A stretch of DNA of 64,000 nucleotides, from the NCBI GenBank assembly GCA_900541805.1, contig UQLH01000010.1, positions 185 through 64,184 on the forward strand, read 5' to 3'. Position numbers and translations under genes: made by a program. How positions within the stretch are numbered: the first letter of the stretch is position 1; the number at the start of each line of letters is the position of its first letter. Source of the stretch: an uncultured Collinsella sp. (GTDB lineage: Bacteria; Actinomycetota; Coriobacteriia; Coriobacteriales; Coriobacteriaceae). Of this stretch, positions 33,630-42,823 are shown in pieces. The notes beneath the pieces are model-generated. The model was not told where the DNA came from. It was given only the letters and a program-made list of their open reading frames with translations, and did not search any database.

Positions 33630-34583
33630 TTATCGAGGGGTTGGCCAGAGAGCACCGAAGAGGATGGCGTAGGTAGTGGATTCGCCGAGCTTGAGCTCGT
33701 CGCCGGGATTGAGTTGGGCGGAACGGCCGGGCTCGACCTGAATGCAGACGCGCGTGGCCCCGTTTACCACCACGGTTCCGTTGGTGGACGACAAGTCCTC
33801 GACGTGCCAGATATTTTGAGCATCGCACCAGATATGGGCATGGCGGGCCGAGACATCGTCGCCGACGTCGGTAATATCGCCCTCACCAGTGGCCAGCGCG
33901 CCAATCTCAACACCCTGCTCACTCGGCTGAATCCAGCGCGGGGCGCTCACGACAAAACTGTTTTGTACGCGCAGCAAGCCCAAAGGGTACGCCGGGGCGG
34001 GTTCGCGTTCGCCCGCGGTCATCGACATGCCAAGCGAACGCGGCGTGGATGTGCCTCCGCCACAGGTCGCGTGCGCGTAGTCGATGGCATAGTTCACCGA
34101 GGACCGCACATCCGCCGAACAACCGACGGCGACAAACAGCACCAGCACGGCCTCGGCGCGCTCGGCGGGCATGAGTTCCGCCGCCTGGGACAGGCGATCG
34201 AGCGCGTTGCGATAGAGATTCGTGTCCTGGTGGCACTCTTCGAGCGCGCGTACCATCGGTTCACCTGCAGGACCGCACACCATATTGATCACAGCCGTGG
34301 AGTCCATGGGATTGCGCTGGCGCAGGGCCAGTTGCGACATAATACGCGCAGCCGAGGTACCGTATTCGGCAAAGTAGCGCTGCTGAAGCGTGCCGACCGG
34401 CGCGCGAACGATAAAGCGGGAAACCCAAGAGCGATCGGCGGCTCGGCTCTGCGGGCTGCGGCCGTCGGCGAGCGGACGGGACGAAAGCACCAAGCCGCAC
34501 AGCTCGATATGGCTCAGATGCGCCGCGCGCTTAAAGATGTCAAACATGGCCCCGCATGGGGTGAGCTCAACTTGAGATGCCAT
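33630..34583 (-). CDS. FHA domain-containing protein
   Basis: C-terminal DVSARHAHI, EDLSSTNGT and LNPGDELKLG. Confidence 0.85.
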   Translation of the reverse strand: MASQVELTPCGAMFDIFKRAAHLSHIELCGLVLSSRPLADGRSPQSRAADRSWVSRFIVRAPVGTLQQRYFAEYGTSAARIMSQLALRQRNPMDSTAVINMVCGPAGEPMVRALEECHQDTNLYRNALDRLSQAAELMPAERAEAVLVLFVAVGCSADVRSSVNYAIDYAHATCGGGTSTPRSLGMSMTAGEREPAPAYPLGLLRVQNSFVVSAPRWIQPSEQGVEIGALATGEGDITDVGDDVSARHAHIWCDAQNIWHVEDLSSTNGTVVVNGATRVCIQVEPGRSAQLNPGDELKLGESTTYAILFGALWPTPR

Positions 34584-34586
34584 GAC

Positions 34587-36431
34587 CTAGGCCTCCTTGG
34601 TCGTAGAAATAGAATCGGACGATACTTCGACAGGTCCGCCAAAAGTACGGGCAGCTGCGGCTCCACCGGCAAGCGGAGTCGCCATCTGGGCTTTTGTGCG
34701 TCGCGGTGCCGAAACGGGAAGTTCAAAGGCAAAGCCCATCGCAAGCAAAAACCACGTAAGCGTATAGGTTGCAACCAGAGCGGCAACAAGGCCGCCCATC
34801 ACGGCGCGTTGGGAAAATACGCTACATGCAGCCACAACCAGCACCGGAACCTCGCAGGCAGAAAGCGCAAGCACACCCTGCAGGAAGCCCGAGCGCCGAT
34901 CGCGCGCAAGTGCCCCCGCGGCAACGCCGGCTATGCCTGGCAGCGCCAACGCCAGTGCGGCAATAATACCCGGTAGCGACCCAGACCACACGAGCGATCC
35001 CAAAGTCGCCGTCACGCGAGCGCCCGACGCCAGCAGCGCGGCCGAAACCACGACCACAGCCCAAACCACGCCACAGGCGACCGTCGCGCCGACCATCAGC
35101 GCGCGACGAACCGCGCGGCCGGACGCATCCATGGGGCACGGCGTGAGCGGCTCGCCGCGGAGCGAACGACCGACATTTTGCGCATAGTGGTCACAAAACG
35201 CCGAGAGCGCCGCCTCGACCGCCGCCGGCTCGGGACGATTTTTTTGATGGCTGGACAGACAGGCCATCACCACGTCGAACAGCTGGGCATCGACAAACGC
35301 CAGCGCATCGCGTAGCTCTTCGGAATCCGGCTCAAGCCCTAGCTGCTGGGCCTGCTCGGCCGCGGCGAGCGCCACATCGGGCTCACGACGAAGCAGCTGA
35401 GTCAAATCACAACCGGGCGCATGGGCACCAATGGGATAGTCGGGCCGCGTGTCCATCTTGAGACGGTAGGGGCTCGCGATGTCGCGCGTCTTTTTGCGCG
35501 AACCCGAGGTGCCCGAAGTGCTCGGCGCGGCTTCGTATGGCGCGACGCCGGCAATGAGCTCGTAAACCGTGCTTGCCGCGGCATAGACGTCAATCGCCGG
35601 CGACATACGCAAAGCGCGCAGGTCGGGAATATCGTCGGTGAGCATCTCGGGCGGGGCATAGGCAACCGTCGCGCGACGCAGCGTGGCATAGCGCTCGGTA
35701 AAGGATGCCTTGCCGCCGGTACCGGCCACGGCCGACGCAGGCTCAAGCGCCAGCGACGAGCCAAAGTCGATCAGGCACAGGTCAAAGGTGCCCTCGGCAA
35801 GCTGCCGGTCAAGCGGTAGACGCGCCGTACGCACCATAATATTAGCGGGCGAGATATCGCGATGGACAAAGCCCTCGCCCACCAGACTCATACGGCAGAG
35901 CAGATCGAACAGGTCGCGACCCAGACGCGCCGCCACAAGCGGCGACAGGCGTCCGGCATCGTCCACGGCAAGTCGCGAACGCAAGCGGGCGAGCGTCTCG
36001 CCCTCGACCCATTCCATGACAATTGCAGGCACACCGTCGACCTCGCCCCAGCCATAGAGGCGGGGAAAGCCCTTAAGGCCCGAAAGGGCGCGATGGCATT
36101 CGTATTCCTCGCGAAATGCCGCTTTGAACTTGGCGACCAGCGACTCATGGGCGGCATCGTCGTCAAACTCATCGCGCGTCGGCAAGATGAGCTGTTTGAG
36201 TGCTACGTCCTCGCCTTGGGCGTTGACAGCACGCGTCACGCGGCCGATACCGCCACGGCGCATGGTGGCATCGTCGGCAAACAGTATCGTAAAACGACGC
36301 AGATAGGCAGGCAGTTCGTCCTGACCGAGCGCAATGGCCGGCTCAAACCCGTCGACACGCGCCAGGCGCAGGCCGACCATGGGATCGCGACCGAGCGATT
36401 GTGGTGTGGTGGATGCAAGATCGGTCATCAT
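34587..36431 (-). CDS. Hanks-type Ser/Thr protein kinase with C-terminal TM helices
   Basis: GGIGRV, VALKQ, HRDISPANIM, IDFG, YAPPE and DVYA; 4 hydrophobic segments. Confidence 0.88.
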   Translation of the reverse strand: MMTDLASTTPQSLGRDPMVGLRLARVDGFEPAIALGQDELPAYLRRFTILFADDATMRRGGIGRVTRAVNAQGEDVALKQLILPTRDEFDDDAAHESLVAKFKAAFREEYECHRALSGLKGFPRLYGWGEVDGVPAIVMEWVEGETLARLRSRLAVDDAGRLSPLVAARLGRDLFDLLCRMSLVGEGFVHRDISPANIMVRTARLPLDRQLAEGTFDLCLIDFGSSLALEPASAVAGTGGKASFTERYATLRRATVAYAPPEMLTDDIPDLRALRMSPAIDVYAAASTVYELIAGVAPYEAAPSTSGTSGSRKKTRDIASPYRLKMDTRPDYPIGAHAPGCDLTQLLRREPDVALAAAEQAQQLGLEPDSEELRDALAFVDAQLFDVVMACLSSHQKNRPEPAAVEAALSAFCDHYAQNVGRSLRGEPLTPCPMDASGRAVRRALMVGATVACGVVWAVVVVSAALLASGARVTATLGSLVWSGSLPGIIAALALALPGIAGVAAGALARDRRSGFLQGVLALSACEVPVLVVAACSVFSQRAVMGGLVAALVATYTLTWFLLAMGFAFELPVSAPRRTKAQMATPLAGGAAAARTFGGPVEVSSDSISTTKEA

Positions 36432-37426
36432 AGGGCAAGCGCCGCCACGTTATTGTTGAAGTTACCGAGCGCGACGTCATCATCGCCGTAATGGCCGACC
36501 CATTGACATAGGTTGGTGTAACAGCCCCACAGATTGGCATACTGCTGATACCACCTTGACCGGGGCGAGAATGTCTGACGACCGAACTCGGCTCGAATGA
36601 CAAACATCTCCCCGACCAGGCTGTCGCACGGCCTGGGATCTCCCGTAGAGTTATAGGTCGAGACCACGTCATTGGCACGAGAAACATAGCCGTCGAGCAT
36701 GTTGTACTTGGTCACAAGCCAACTGTGAATGCTCTCTTCCTCAGCAGCGGAAAGGCCGCCGGAGTTTGCATCGTTGTCAGTGTTGCCGCCCGTCGAGCCG
36801 CCGTTTCCAGGCCCTCCGGTAGAGGAACCCGACCCAGAGCCGCCGCCCGAACTCGATGAATCCGAGCCGGAGCCAGAAGTATCCGAGCTACCGGGCTTTC
36901 CGGACTGCTGGGCGTCCTGCTCCTTTTGCTGCTCGACCTTATTCACCGTTGCCGCCACGCTATTGTTGGACAATCGATCGATGATCTTGGTGTTGGTGAG
37001 CACGATGGTTTTGCCATTGGCAAGCGTGACTTCGTTGTCCGGGGCCTCGGCGCCGTCCGCATCGTCGGTGCCAAACACAATATGCCCGACCACACTTGCC
37101 CAAGCATATCCAGTCGTGGTGCCCAGATCGCTTTTGGCCTCATGCCCCACGCGCGGTTCGCGTGCGGCATGCGCCTGCATCATGGACGGCACGGTCATGC
37201 CATAGGCAGAAACGCCAGCTATGACCAGCACCAGCGAGCACGATAGCAGTGCGTACGCCCGCGGCGCCAAGCCCAGTCGGCGTCGTATGCGCACCGCGGC
37301 GCCGCGCTTTGTCTGAGTGCCACCGGGCCGCATGCGTTCTCCTCCAACAAAAACACGCCGCTCGGGAGCGGCGCATTCATTCGAATCCATATTTGAGTGT
37401 ATCAGCGAACCCAAAAGGTTGCGCAA
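36428..37426 (-). CDS. Hypothetical membrane-anchored protein with a Gly/Ser linker
   Basis: One TM helix and a low-complexity GS region; overlaps the kinase start; start uncertain. Confidence 0.65.
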   Translation of the reverse strand: MRNLLGSLIHSNMDSNECAAPERRVFVGGERMRPGGTQTKRGAAVRIRRRLGLAPRAYALLSCSLVLVIAGVSAYGMTVPSMMQAHAAREPRVGHEAKSDLGTTTGYAWASVVGHIVFGTDDADGAEAPDNEVTLANGKTIVLTNTKIIDRLSNNSVAATVNKVEQQKEQDAQQSGKPGSSDTSGSGSDSSSSGGGSGSGSSTGGPGNGGSTGGNTDNDANSGGLSAAEEESIHSWLVTKYNMLDGYVSRANDVVSTYNSTGDPRPCDSLVGEMFVIRAEFGRQTFSPRSRWYQQYANLWGCYTNLCQWVGHYGDDDVALGNFNNNVAALAL

Positions 37427-37579
37427 CGAATGGACAAATTAAGGATGCGAGCGGAAGCATCCATGCGATAAGCGGATACGAAGCATCTTTGTTGCACAAC
37501 AAACTCACAGTCGCACGGGGAAATTATGACTACCCCGTGCGACTGTGAGGAAAACATACGGCAGGAGCAGGCTCGCCGC

Positions 37580-38176
37580 CTAAATCGCGCGACGGGCCTC
37601 GATGGCGCGGCCAAGCGTAAGCTCGTCGGCATACTCCAAGTCGCCGCCCACGGGAAGGCCGCTTGCCAGACGCGACACCTCGACGCCCAACGGCTTGATG
37701 GTACGGGCCAGATAGCTCGCCGTGGTCTCGCCCTCAATATTGGGGTTGGTGGCGATGATGACCTCGTGGATGTCCTCGTGGCCCAAGCGTGCCAGCAGCT
37801 CTCGAATGTGCAGCTGCTCGGGGCCAATCTTGTCCATGGGACTGATCACGCCGCCCAATACGTGGTAGAGGCCGTGGTAGCTGCCCGTGCGCTCGATCGC
37901 CTGGACATCGCGCGGCTCGCCCACCACGCAAATGCGAGTGGTATCGCGCATCGGGTCCTGGCAGATGGAGCACTCGTCGGCCGTGGCGTAGTTAAAGCAG
38001 CGGCTGCAAAAGTGGACCTCCTGCTTGACCTCCAGGATGGCCTCGGCCAGGCGGCGCGCCTCCTCGGCGTCGGCCTCCAACAGGTAATAGGCGATGCGCT
38101 GGGCCGACTTGGGACCAATGCCCGGCAGACGGCCCAGCTCATCGAGCAGTTTTTGCAGACTGTGGTTGGCACTCAT
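37580..38176 (-). CDS. recR: Recombination protein RecR
   Basis: [12 protein letters not shown]4 zinc finger, YHVLGG and [12 protein letters not shown]. Confidence 0.96.
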   Translation of the reverse strand: MSANHSLQKLLDELGRLPGIGPKSAQRIAYYLLEADAEEARRLAEAILEVKQEVHFCSRCFNYATADECSICQDPMRDTTRICVVGEPRDVQAIERTGSYHGLYHVLGGVISPMDKIGPEQLHIRELLARLGHEDIHEVIIATNPNIEGETTASYLARTIKPLGVEVSRLASGLPVGGDLEYADELTLGRAIEARRAI

Positions 38177-38189
38177 ATATATGCGTGTC

Positions 38190-38510
38190 TTAGAACGGCA
38201 TGCCCGGGATGTTGAGGCCGCCGGTGATGGCGCCCATCTGCTTGTTGGCGAGCTCGTTGACGCCGCGGACGGCCTCGTTGACGGCAGCCATGATCATATC
38301 CTGCAGCATATCGACGTCCTCGGGATCGAGCGCATCGGGATCGATGGTGAGGTTGACGAGCTCCATCTCGCCGTTAACGGTCACCTTGACCATGCCGCCG
38401 CCGGCAGAGGCGTCGACGGTCTGGGACTTGAGGTTCTCCTGCGCGGCGGCAAGCTGCTCCTGCATCTTGCGAGCCTGCTTCATCATCTGCTGCATGTTCA
38501 TACCGGCCAT
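38190..38510 (-). CDS. ybaB: YbaB/EbfC nucleoid-associated protein
   Basis: [17 protein letters not shown] and [12 protein letters not shown]; synteny with recR and dnaX. Confidence 0.95.
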   Translation of the reverse strand: MAGMNMQQMMKQARKMQEQLAAAQENLKSQTVDASAGGGMVKVTVNGEMELVNLTIDPDALDPEDVDMLQDMIMAAVNEAVRGVNELANKQMGAITGGLNIPGMPF

Positions 38511-38849
38511 GATGGCTCCTTTACGTGCGGCCGCACGCCGAGCTGCAAGGGCAGCCGGAGCACGGCGGGACTTTCAAACTCAAAAATCGTACCACGGCGC
38601 GCGGCGAGAGAGCGGGGCGGACGTGTTACCTCAGTCGATATACATGTCCTCCAATACAAACCGCACTCAAAGATTATGCAAGGTCGAATTATGCAAGGTT
38701 GCATAATATCGCACACTCAATCTAGTAGAGCCGAATCCGGCATTTCATGTGCGCCACTAAATAGCTAAATGCCGAACCGCTGCTCGAGGCGGCGCACATG
38801 GCGGCAGGGTATAATTTGATTGCCATAGATAGTAATTTGGAGGTGCCCC

Positions 38850-39323
38850 ATGAATGCCCCCAACGCGCTCCAAAACATCCGCTCAAAACACCCCGTTGCA
38901 TATGTGGTTCTCTATCTCTTTGTCGGCTGGGCATTGCTGGTTGTCATCACCCATGCCATAGCTTTTGGAGCAGAACTGCTGATAGCCAGCTCGGACCAGC
39001 CCGTCGTCAAATGGGAGACGACCGATGAGTGCACCGACGGAACCCGAACCGTCTACTACAACAGCCCGTCCCTCTATCAAGAGTTCAAGGTCAAGATAAA
39101 GGACTTCAAGATTGTCGATGCCGAGCTAGGCGTTTATTTGGCAATCGGAGCAACCATTAACGCCGAGCAAGTCGAGTACACGGACAGCCATGCGACGTAT
39201 CGTATCGACCTCAGCATCCTAGGCCGACCGTCACGCACCTGTCTGCTCAAATGCGACATACGCGGCACCACACTACACATGTCCGAAATACAGATGCGCC
39301 CGGACAAGGGGTCCTCTTCTTGA
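38850..39323 (+). CDS. Hypothetical membrane-anchored protein
   Basis: GGAGG RBS and one N-terminal TM helix; no recognised motif. Confidence 0.65.
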   Translation: MNAPNALQNIRSKHPVAYVVLYLFVGWALLVVITHAIAFGAELLIASSDQPVVKWETTDECTDGTRTVYYNSPSLYQEFKVKIKDFKIVDAELGVYLAIGATINAEQVEYTDSHATYRIDLSILGRPSRTCLLKCDIRGTTLHMSEIQMRPDKGSSS

Positions 39324-39344
39324 GCAGTATACCCGCCTGCGCAG

Positions 39345-41846
39345 CTACTCCACCGGCTTGAAGATGGTGGCCTGACCGAAGACGTTGCGGATGAGGGCTT
39401 TGGCCTCGTCCTCGGTCTGCGGGATGCTCGGGGCTGCGCCCTGGTGGCCGAAGGGGCTGCCCGCGCCGGGGTTGGACTCCCAGGGAGCGGCGGGGGCGTC
39501 GTCGTTTGCAGAGGCTGCGGGTGCCGCCGCGGCAGGCTTGGACGCGGACGCCGCACCCGGCACGTCGAACGGGGGCAGGTCGTCCCCGCCGGCATCGGCA
39601 GCAAAACCGCCGACCATGGCATCGTCGTAGGGAACCTGCTCGGATTCCCACGGAGCGGACTGCGCAGACGGCTGAGCCTTGGGAGCGGACGCGCGCTCGG
39701 GTGCTCGGGGCGCGGGCTCGGTCGGGAGCTTGCCCGTGGCAGGTGCGCCGGCAGGGTTGTCGGAGCGCAGCCAGGGGGCCTTAGCCAGGTCGGATGACTT
39801 GGGCGCAGGCGCGGCGGCGGGCTTGGGCGCGGGTGTCGGAGCAGCCGGTTTGGGCGCCGCGGGCTTAGGCGCCGACGGGGTCGATGCCGCTACCGACGCC
39901 GCTTGCTGCGCTTGCTGCTGCGGCGCGCTGGCGCTCGAGGATACAGGGGCCGCCGAGGACACGGGTTGCGGGTCCGCAGATGCCGCAGCCCGTGCAGATG
40001 GAGAATGCTCCTCATGTTGAGGAGCCGGCGTGCCACCCCCATCCAGGACATAGTCGACGGTACGACGACCGAAGACCGCGCAAACCGTCGGCAGGACCAC
40101 CGACTGCGTATCGGCGCGACCGAGCATCTTAATGGCAAAAGTCGAACCCGCGGGGAACGAGACCGTGAGCTTGGAGCCGTCGTCGGCCGTGGCGCGGGCG
40201 TTGAGCAAAAGCCCTGCGTAGGAAGCCTGACGCGCCTTGACGCGCTCGACGACCTCGGCCCATTTGCGCTGCAGCTCTCCGGCGTCCTCGACCGCGGGGG
40301 TCTCGGCAGCGCCGGCGGCGGCAACCTGGGCGGCGTTGTTGGACTGGGGCTTAGGTGCCGGAGCGGTGGCAGGCGCGGGGGCCGCAACGGGCTGAGGCGT
40401 CGGAGCCGGCGCAGGCTGAGGCGCAGGCGCTGCAGGCTTGGAAGCTGACACGGACGCAGAACGGGGCGCAGGCTGGGCAGTCGGAACAGCAGCACCACGG
40501 TCCCAAGGCATACCTCCCTGGCGCGCGGACGTAGCAGCGGGGGCAGCGGATGCCGCCGGAGTGGCAGCACGAGCGCCCGAAATGAGCGTCGGCTGTTGGG
40601 CAGCAGCGGGTACGGATGCTGCAGGCGCGGCGGCCTGAGCAGCAGCCACGCTCGCCGGCACGGCGCCGTTGGCAACCATGGCCTCCAGACGCGCCACGCG
40701 CTCGGCCAATGCCTCAATCGTTAAATCAGCCTCGGGACGTGCCAGACGCGTGCAGGCAATCTCGAGCACCAGGCGCACGTCGCTCGCGCCCCTCATCTCC
40801 AGTGCGGCATCGTCGAGCACCGTCAGCACACGGGCCAGGCGGTCGGCAGGATGCTCGCCAAAGGCAGCGGCCTCGGCAGCAAGCGCCTCGGCCTGCTCAG
40901 CACCGCCCTCAAACAACTCGGCACGGGCACCGGCAACGCAGGCAACGTACACGTCACGCACATGCGCCACCAGGTCGCGCGTCAGCTCCAGCAGGTCGTT
41001 TCCTTCCTCGACCTGCGCACGGATCAGTCCATAGAGCTCGGCGACATCACGCTCGGCGATGGCGCGGGCAAACTCGCCCAGGATCTGGTCCGAAACCTCG
41101 CCCAAAAGCGAGCGGGCGTCGTCCGCATGCACAGAACCGTTGCCAAAGACGCTCAGTTGCTCCAGCGTGGACAACGCGTCGCGCATGCCGCCCTTGGCAT
41201 GGCGCGCCACGATAGCCAGCGCCTCGTCGTCGTAATCGAAGCCCTCCTGCTCGCACACGTATGCCAGGCGATGCTCAATATCCTCGTTGCCGATGCGATG
41301 GAAATCGAAGCGCTGGCAGCGCGAGAGGATGGTCTCCAGAATCTTTTGCGGGTCGGTGGTGCACAGCACAAAGATCACGTGTGCCGGCGGCTCCTCAAGC
41401 GTCTTGAGCAGCGCGTTGAACGCCGCCGTCGTGAGCATGTGGACCTCGTCGATGATATAGATCTTGTACTTGCCGCGCACCGGGGCAAAGTTGACGGAGT
41501 TGATGATTTCCTCGCGCACATTGTCCACGCCCGTGCGGGAGGCGGCATCGAGCTCGTAGACATCGGGGTGGTTACCCTCGGCAATGAGCTCGCACTCCTC
41601 GCAAGTACCGTCGGGCATGCAGCCGCTTGCACCCTCGGCGCGCGCCGCCTCGGCATTGCGGCACAGCAGCGCCTTGGCCAGGATGCGCGCCATGGTGGTC
41701 TTGCCCGTGCCGCGCGGTCCGCAGAACAGGTAGGCGTGGGACAGGCGCCCCTCGGTGATGGCGTGCTCGAGCGTCGAGACGATATGCTGCTGGCCCACCA
41801 CGGAGTCAAAGGTGAGCGGGCGATACTTTCGGTACAACGATTCCAT
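39345..41846 (-). CDS. dnaX: DNA polymerase III subunit gamma/tau
   Basis: LYRKYRP, GPRGTGKTT, IIDEVHML and SRCQRF; long Pro/Ala-rich linkers. Confidence 0.95.
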   Translation of the reverse strand: MESLYRKYRPLTFDSVVGQQHIVSTLEHAITEGRLSHAYLFCGPRGTGKTTMARILAKALLCRNAEAARAEGASGCMPDGTCEECELIAEGNHPDVYELDAASRTGVDNVREEIINSVNFAPVRGKYKIYIIDEVHMLTTAAFNALLKTLEEPPAHVIFVLCTTDPQKILETILSRCQRFDFHRIGNEDIEHRLAYVCEQEGFDYDDEALAIVARHAKGGMRDALSTLEQLSVFGNGSVHADDARSLLGEVSDQILGEFARAIAERDVAELYGLIRAQVEEGNDLLELTRDLVAHVRDVYVACVAGARAELFEGGAEQAEALAAEAAAFGEHPADRLARVLTVLDDAALEMRGASDVRLVLEIACTRLARPEADLTIEALAERVARLEAMVANGAVPASVAAAQAAAPAASVPAAAQQPTLISGARAATPAASAAPAATSARQGGMPWDRGAAVPTAQPAPRSASVSASKPAAPAPQPAPAPTPQPVAAPAPATAPAPKPQSNNAAQVAAAGAAETPAVEDAGELQRKWAEVVERVKARQASYAGLLLNARATADDGSKLTVSFPAGSTFAIKMLGRADTQSVVLPTVCAVFGRRTVDYVLDGGGTPAPQHEEHSPSARAAASADPQPVSSAAPVSSSASAPQQQAQQAASVAASTPSAPKPAAPKPAAPTPAPKPAAAPAPKSSDLAKAPWLRSDNPAGAPATGKLPTEPAPRAPERASAPKAQPSAQSAPWESEQVPYDDAMVGGFAADAGGDDLPPFDVPGAASASKPAAAAPAASANDDAPAAPWESNPGAGSPFGHQGAAPSIPQTEDEAKALIRNVFGQATIFKPVE

Positions 41847-41962
41847 GGGTGCTCCCCCGGGTATACTGAGTCTTGTTGCCGCGGCGGCCATGCGGTCGCA
41901 CGGCATACTGCATTCCATAATAACCCGTACGGCGAGCCCGCCGCGATAGGAGTCCAAAGAGC

Positions 41963-42679
41963 ATGGCAGACGCAGAGAGCAACCTCGTTCCCTCCGAAGC
42001 AGCCGACCAGGTCGAGGTCGCGCTCGAGGAGCAGGCCGCGGCCGATGACGGCATTCTGTACCTCAACGAGTACCAGTACGAAAACGACCTCGTCACCGAC
42101 TTTGCGCGCCTAGTCGCCTCGCCCAGGCGCCGTGGCTCCCTGTACGTCGCCGCCGCGATTGCCGCGCTCATCGGCATCGGCATGCTGGCGGCCGGCGGCA
42201 ACTGGATCAAGTTCGGCGTCGTCCTGATCGTATTCGGCGCCTTTTTGGCCTGGTGGAGCAAGAACCTGCACCACACGCTCGCCCGCGACTTTATCGATGC
42301 CGTCGAGACAGACGAGTCCATGGGCGGCCGCTATCGCCGCGTCGCCGCCAACGAAGACGGCCTGATGGTTTGGGGCAAGAGCGGCAAGTCGCAGTTCTTC
42401 CCGTTTGAAAAGCTCGACCACGTGCTCGACGGCGAGCGCATCTTTGTGGCCATGTTCGCCGACCAGGGCGTGACGATCCCCAAGGACACCTTTGTCCGCG
42501 GCGATGCCGAGCAGTTTGGCACCTTCCTTAAGGCGCGCATCAACAAAAAACTCCGCATTGAGACCAAGAAGAAGAAAATGAAGGCCGAGAAGGCCGCCGC
42601 CGAGGCCAAGCAGGGCGACAAGCCCCAGGAGACCAAGGGCAAGCAGCGCAAGCAGAAGAAGGACAAGAAGAAGCGCTAA
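41963..42679 (+). CDS. YcxB-like membrane protein with a Lys-rich tail
   Basis: Two TM helices followed by a domain ending in IPKDTF...F; AGGAG RBS. Confidence 0.7.
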   Translation: MADAESNLVPSEAADQVEVALEEQAAADDGILYLNEYQYENDLVTDFARLVASPRRRGSLYVAAAIAALIGIGMLAAGGNWIKFGVVLIVFGAFLAWWSKNLHHTLARDFIDAVETDESMGGRYRRVAANEDGLMVWGKSGKSQFFPFEKLDHVLDGERIFVAMFADQGVTIPKDTFVRGDAEQFGTFLKARINKKLRIETKKKKMKAEKAAAEAKQGDKPQETKGKQRKQKKDKKKR

Positions 42680-42823
42680 GGCCAAGCCAGACAGGCAGCC
42701 TCGCATCCCGCTATCCTCCCCATGCACCCGAGCGTGCTACACTAGCAGCATCTATGCCACCGCGAACGGCTCGGCTCCGCGCCCGCCGCTCGCAAACGAA
42801 CTTTAAACGCACGAGGGTTGGCC

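Larger units (their letters stand above)
28279..33644. mobile_element. AT-richer genomic island carrying a RiPP cluster, bounded by FHA-gene direct repeats
   Basis: Visible drop in GC content; flanked by ~425-nt diverged direct repeats; contains an IS110-like remnant; no integrase seen. Confidence 0.7.

Noticed and set aside
39400..40650. Repeat element within dnaX
   Set aside because: Pro/Ala-rich low-complexity linkers typical of actinobacterial DnaX
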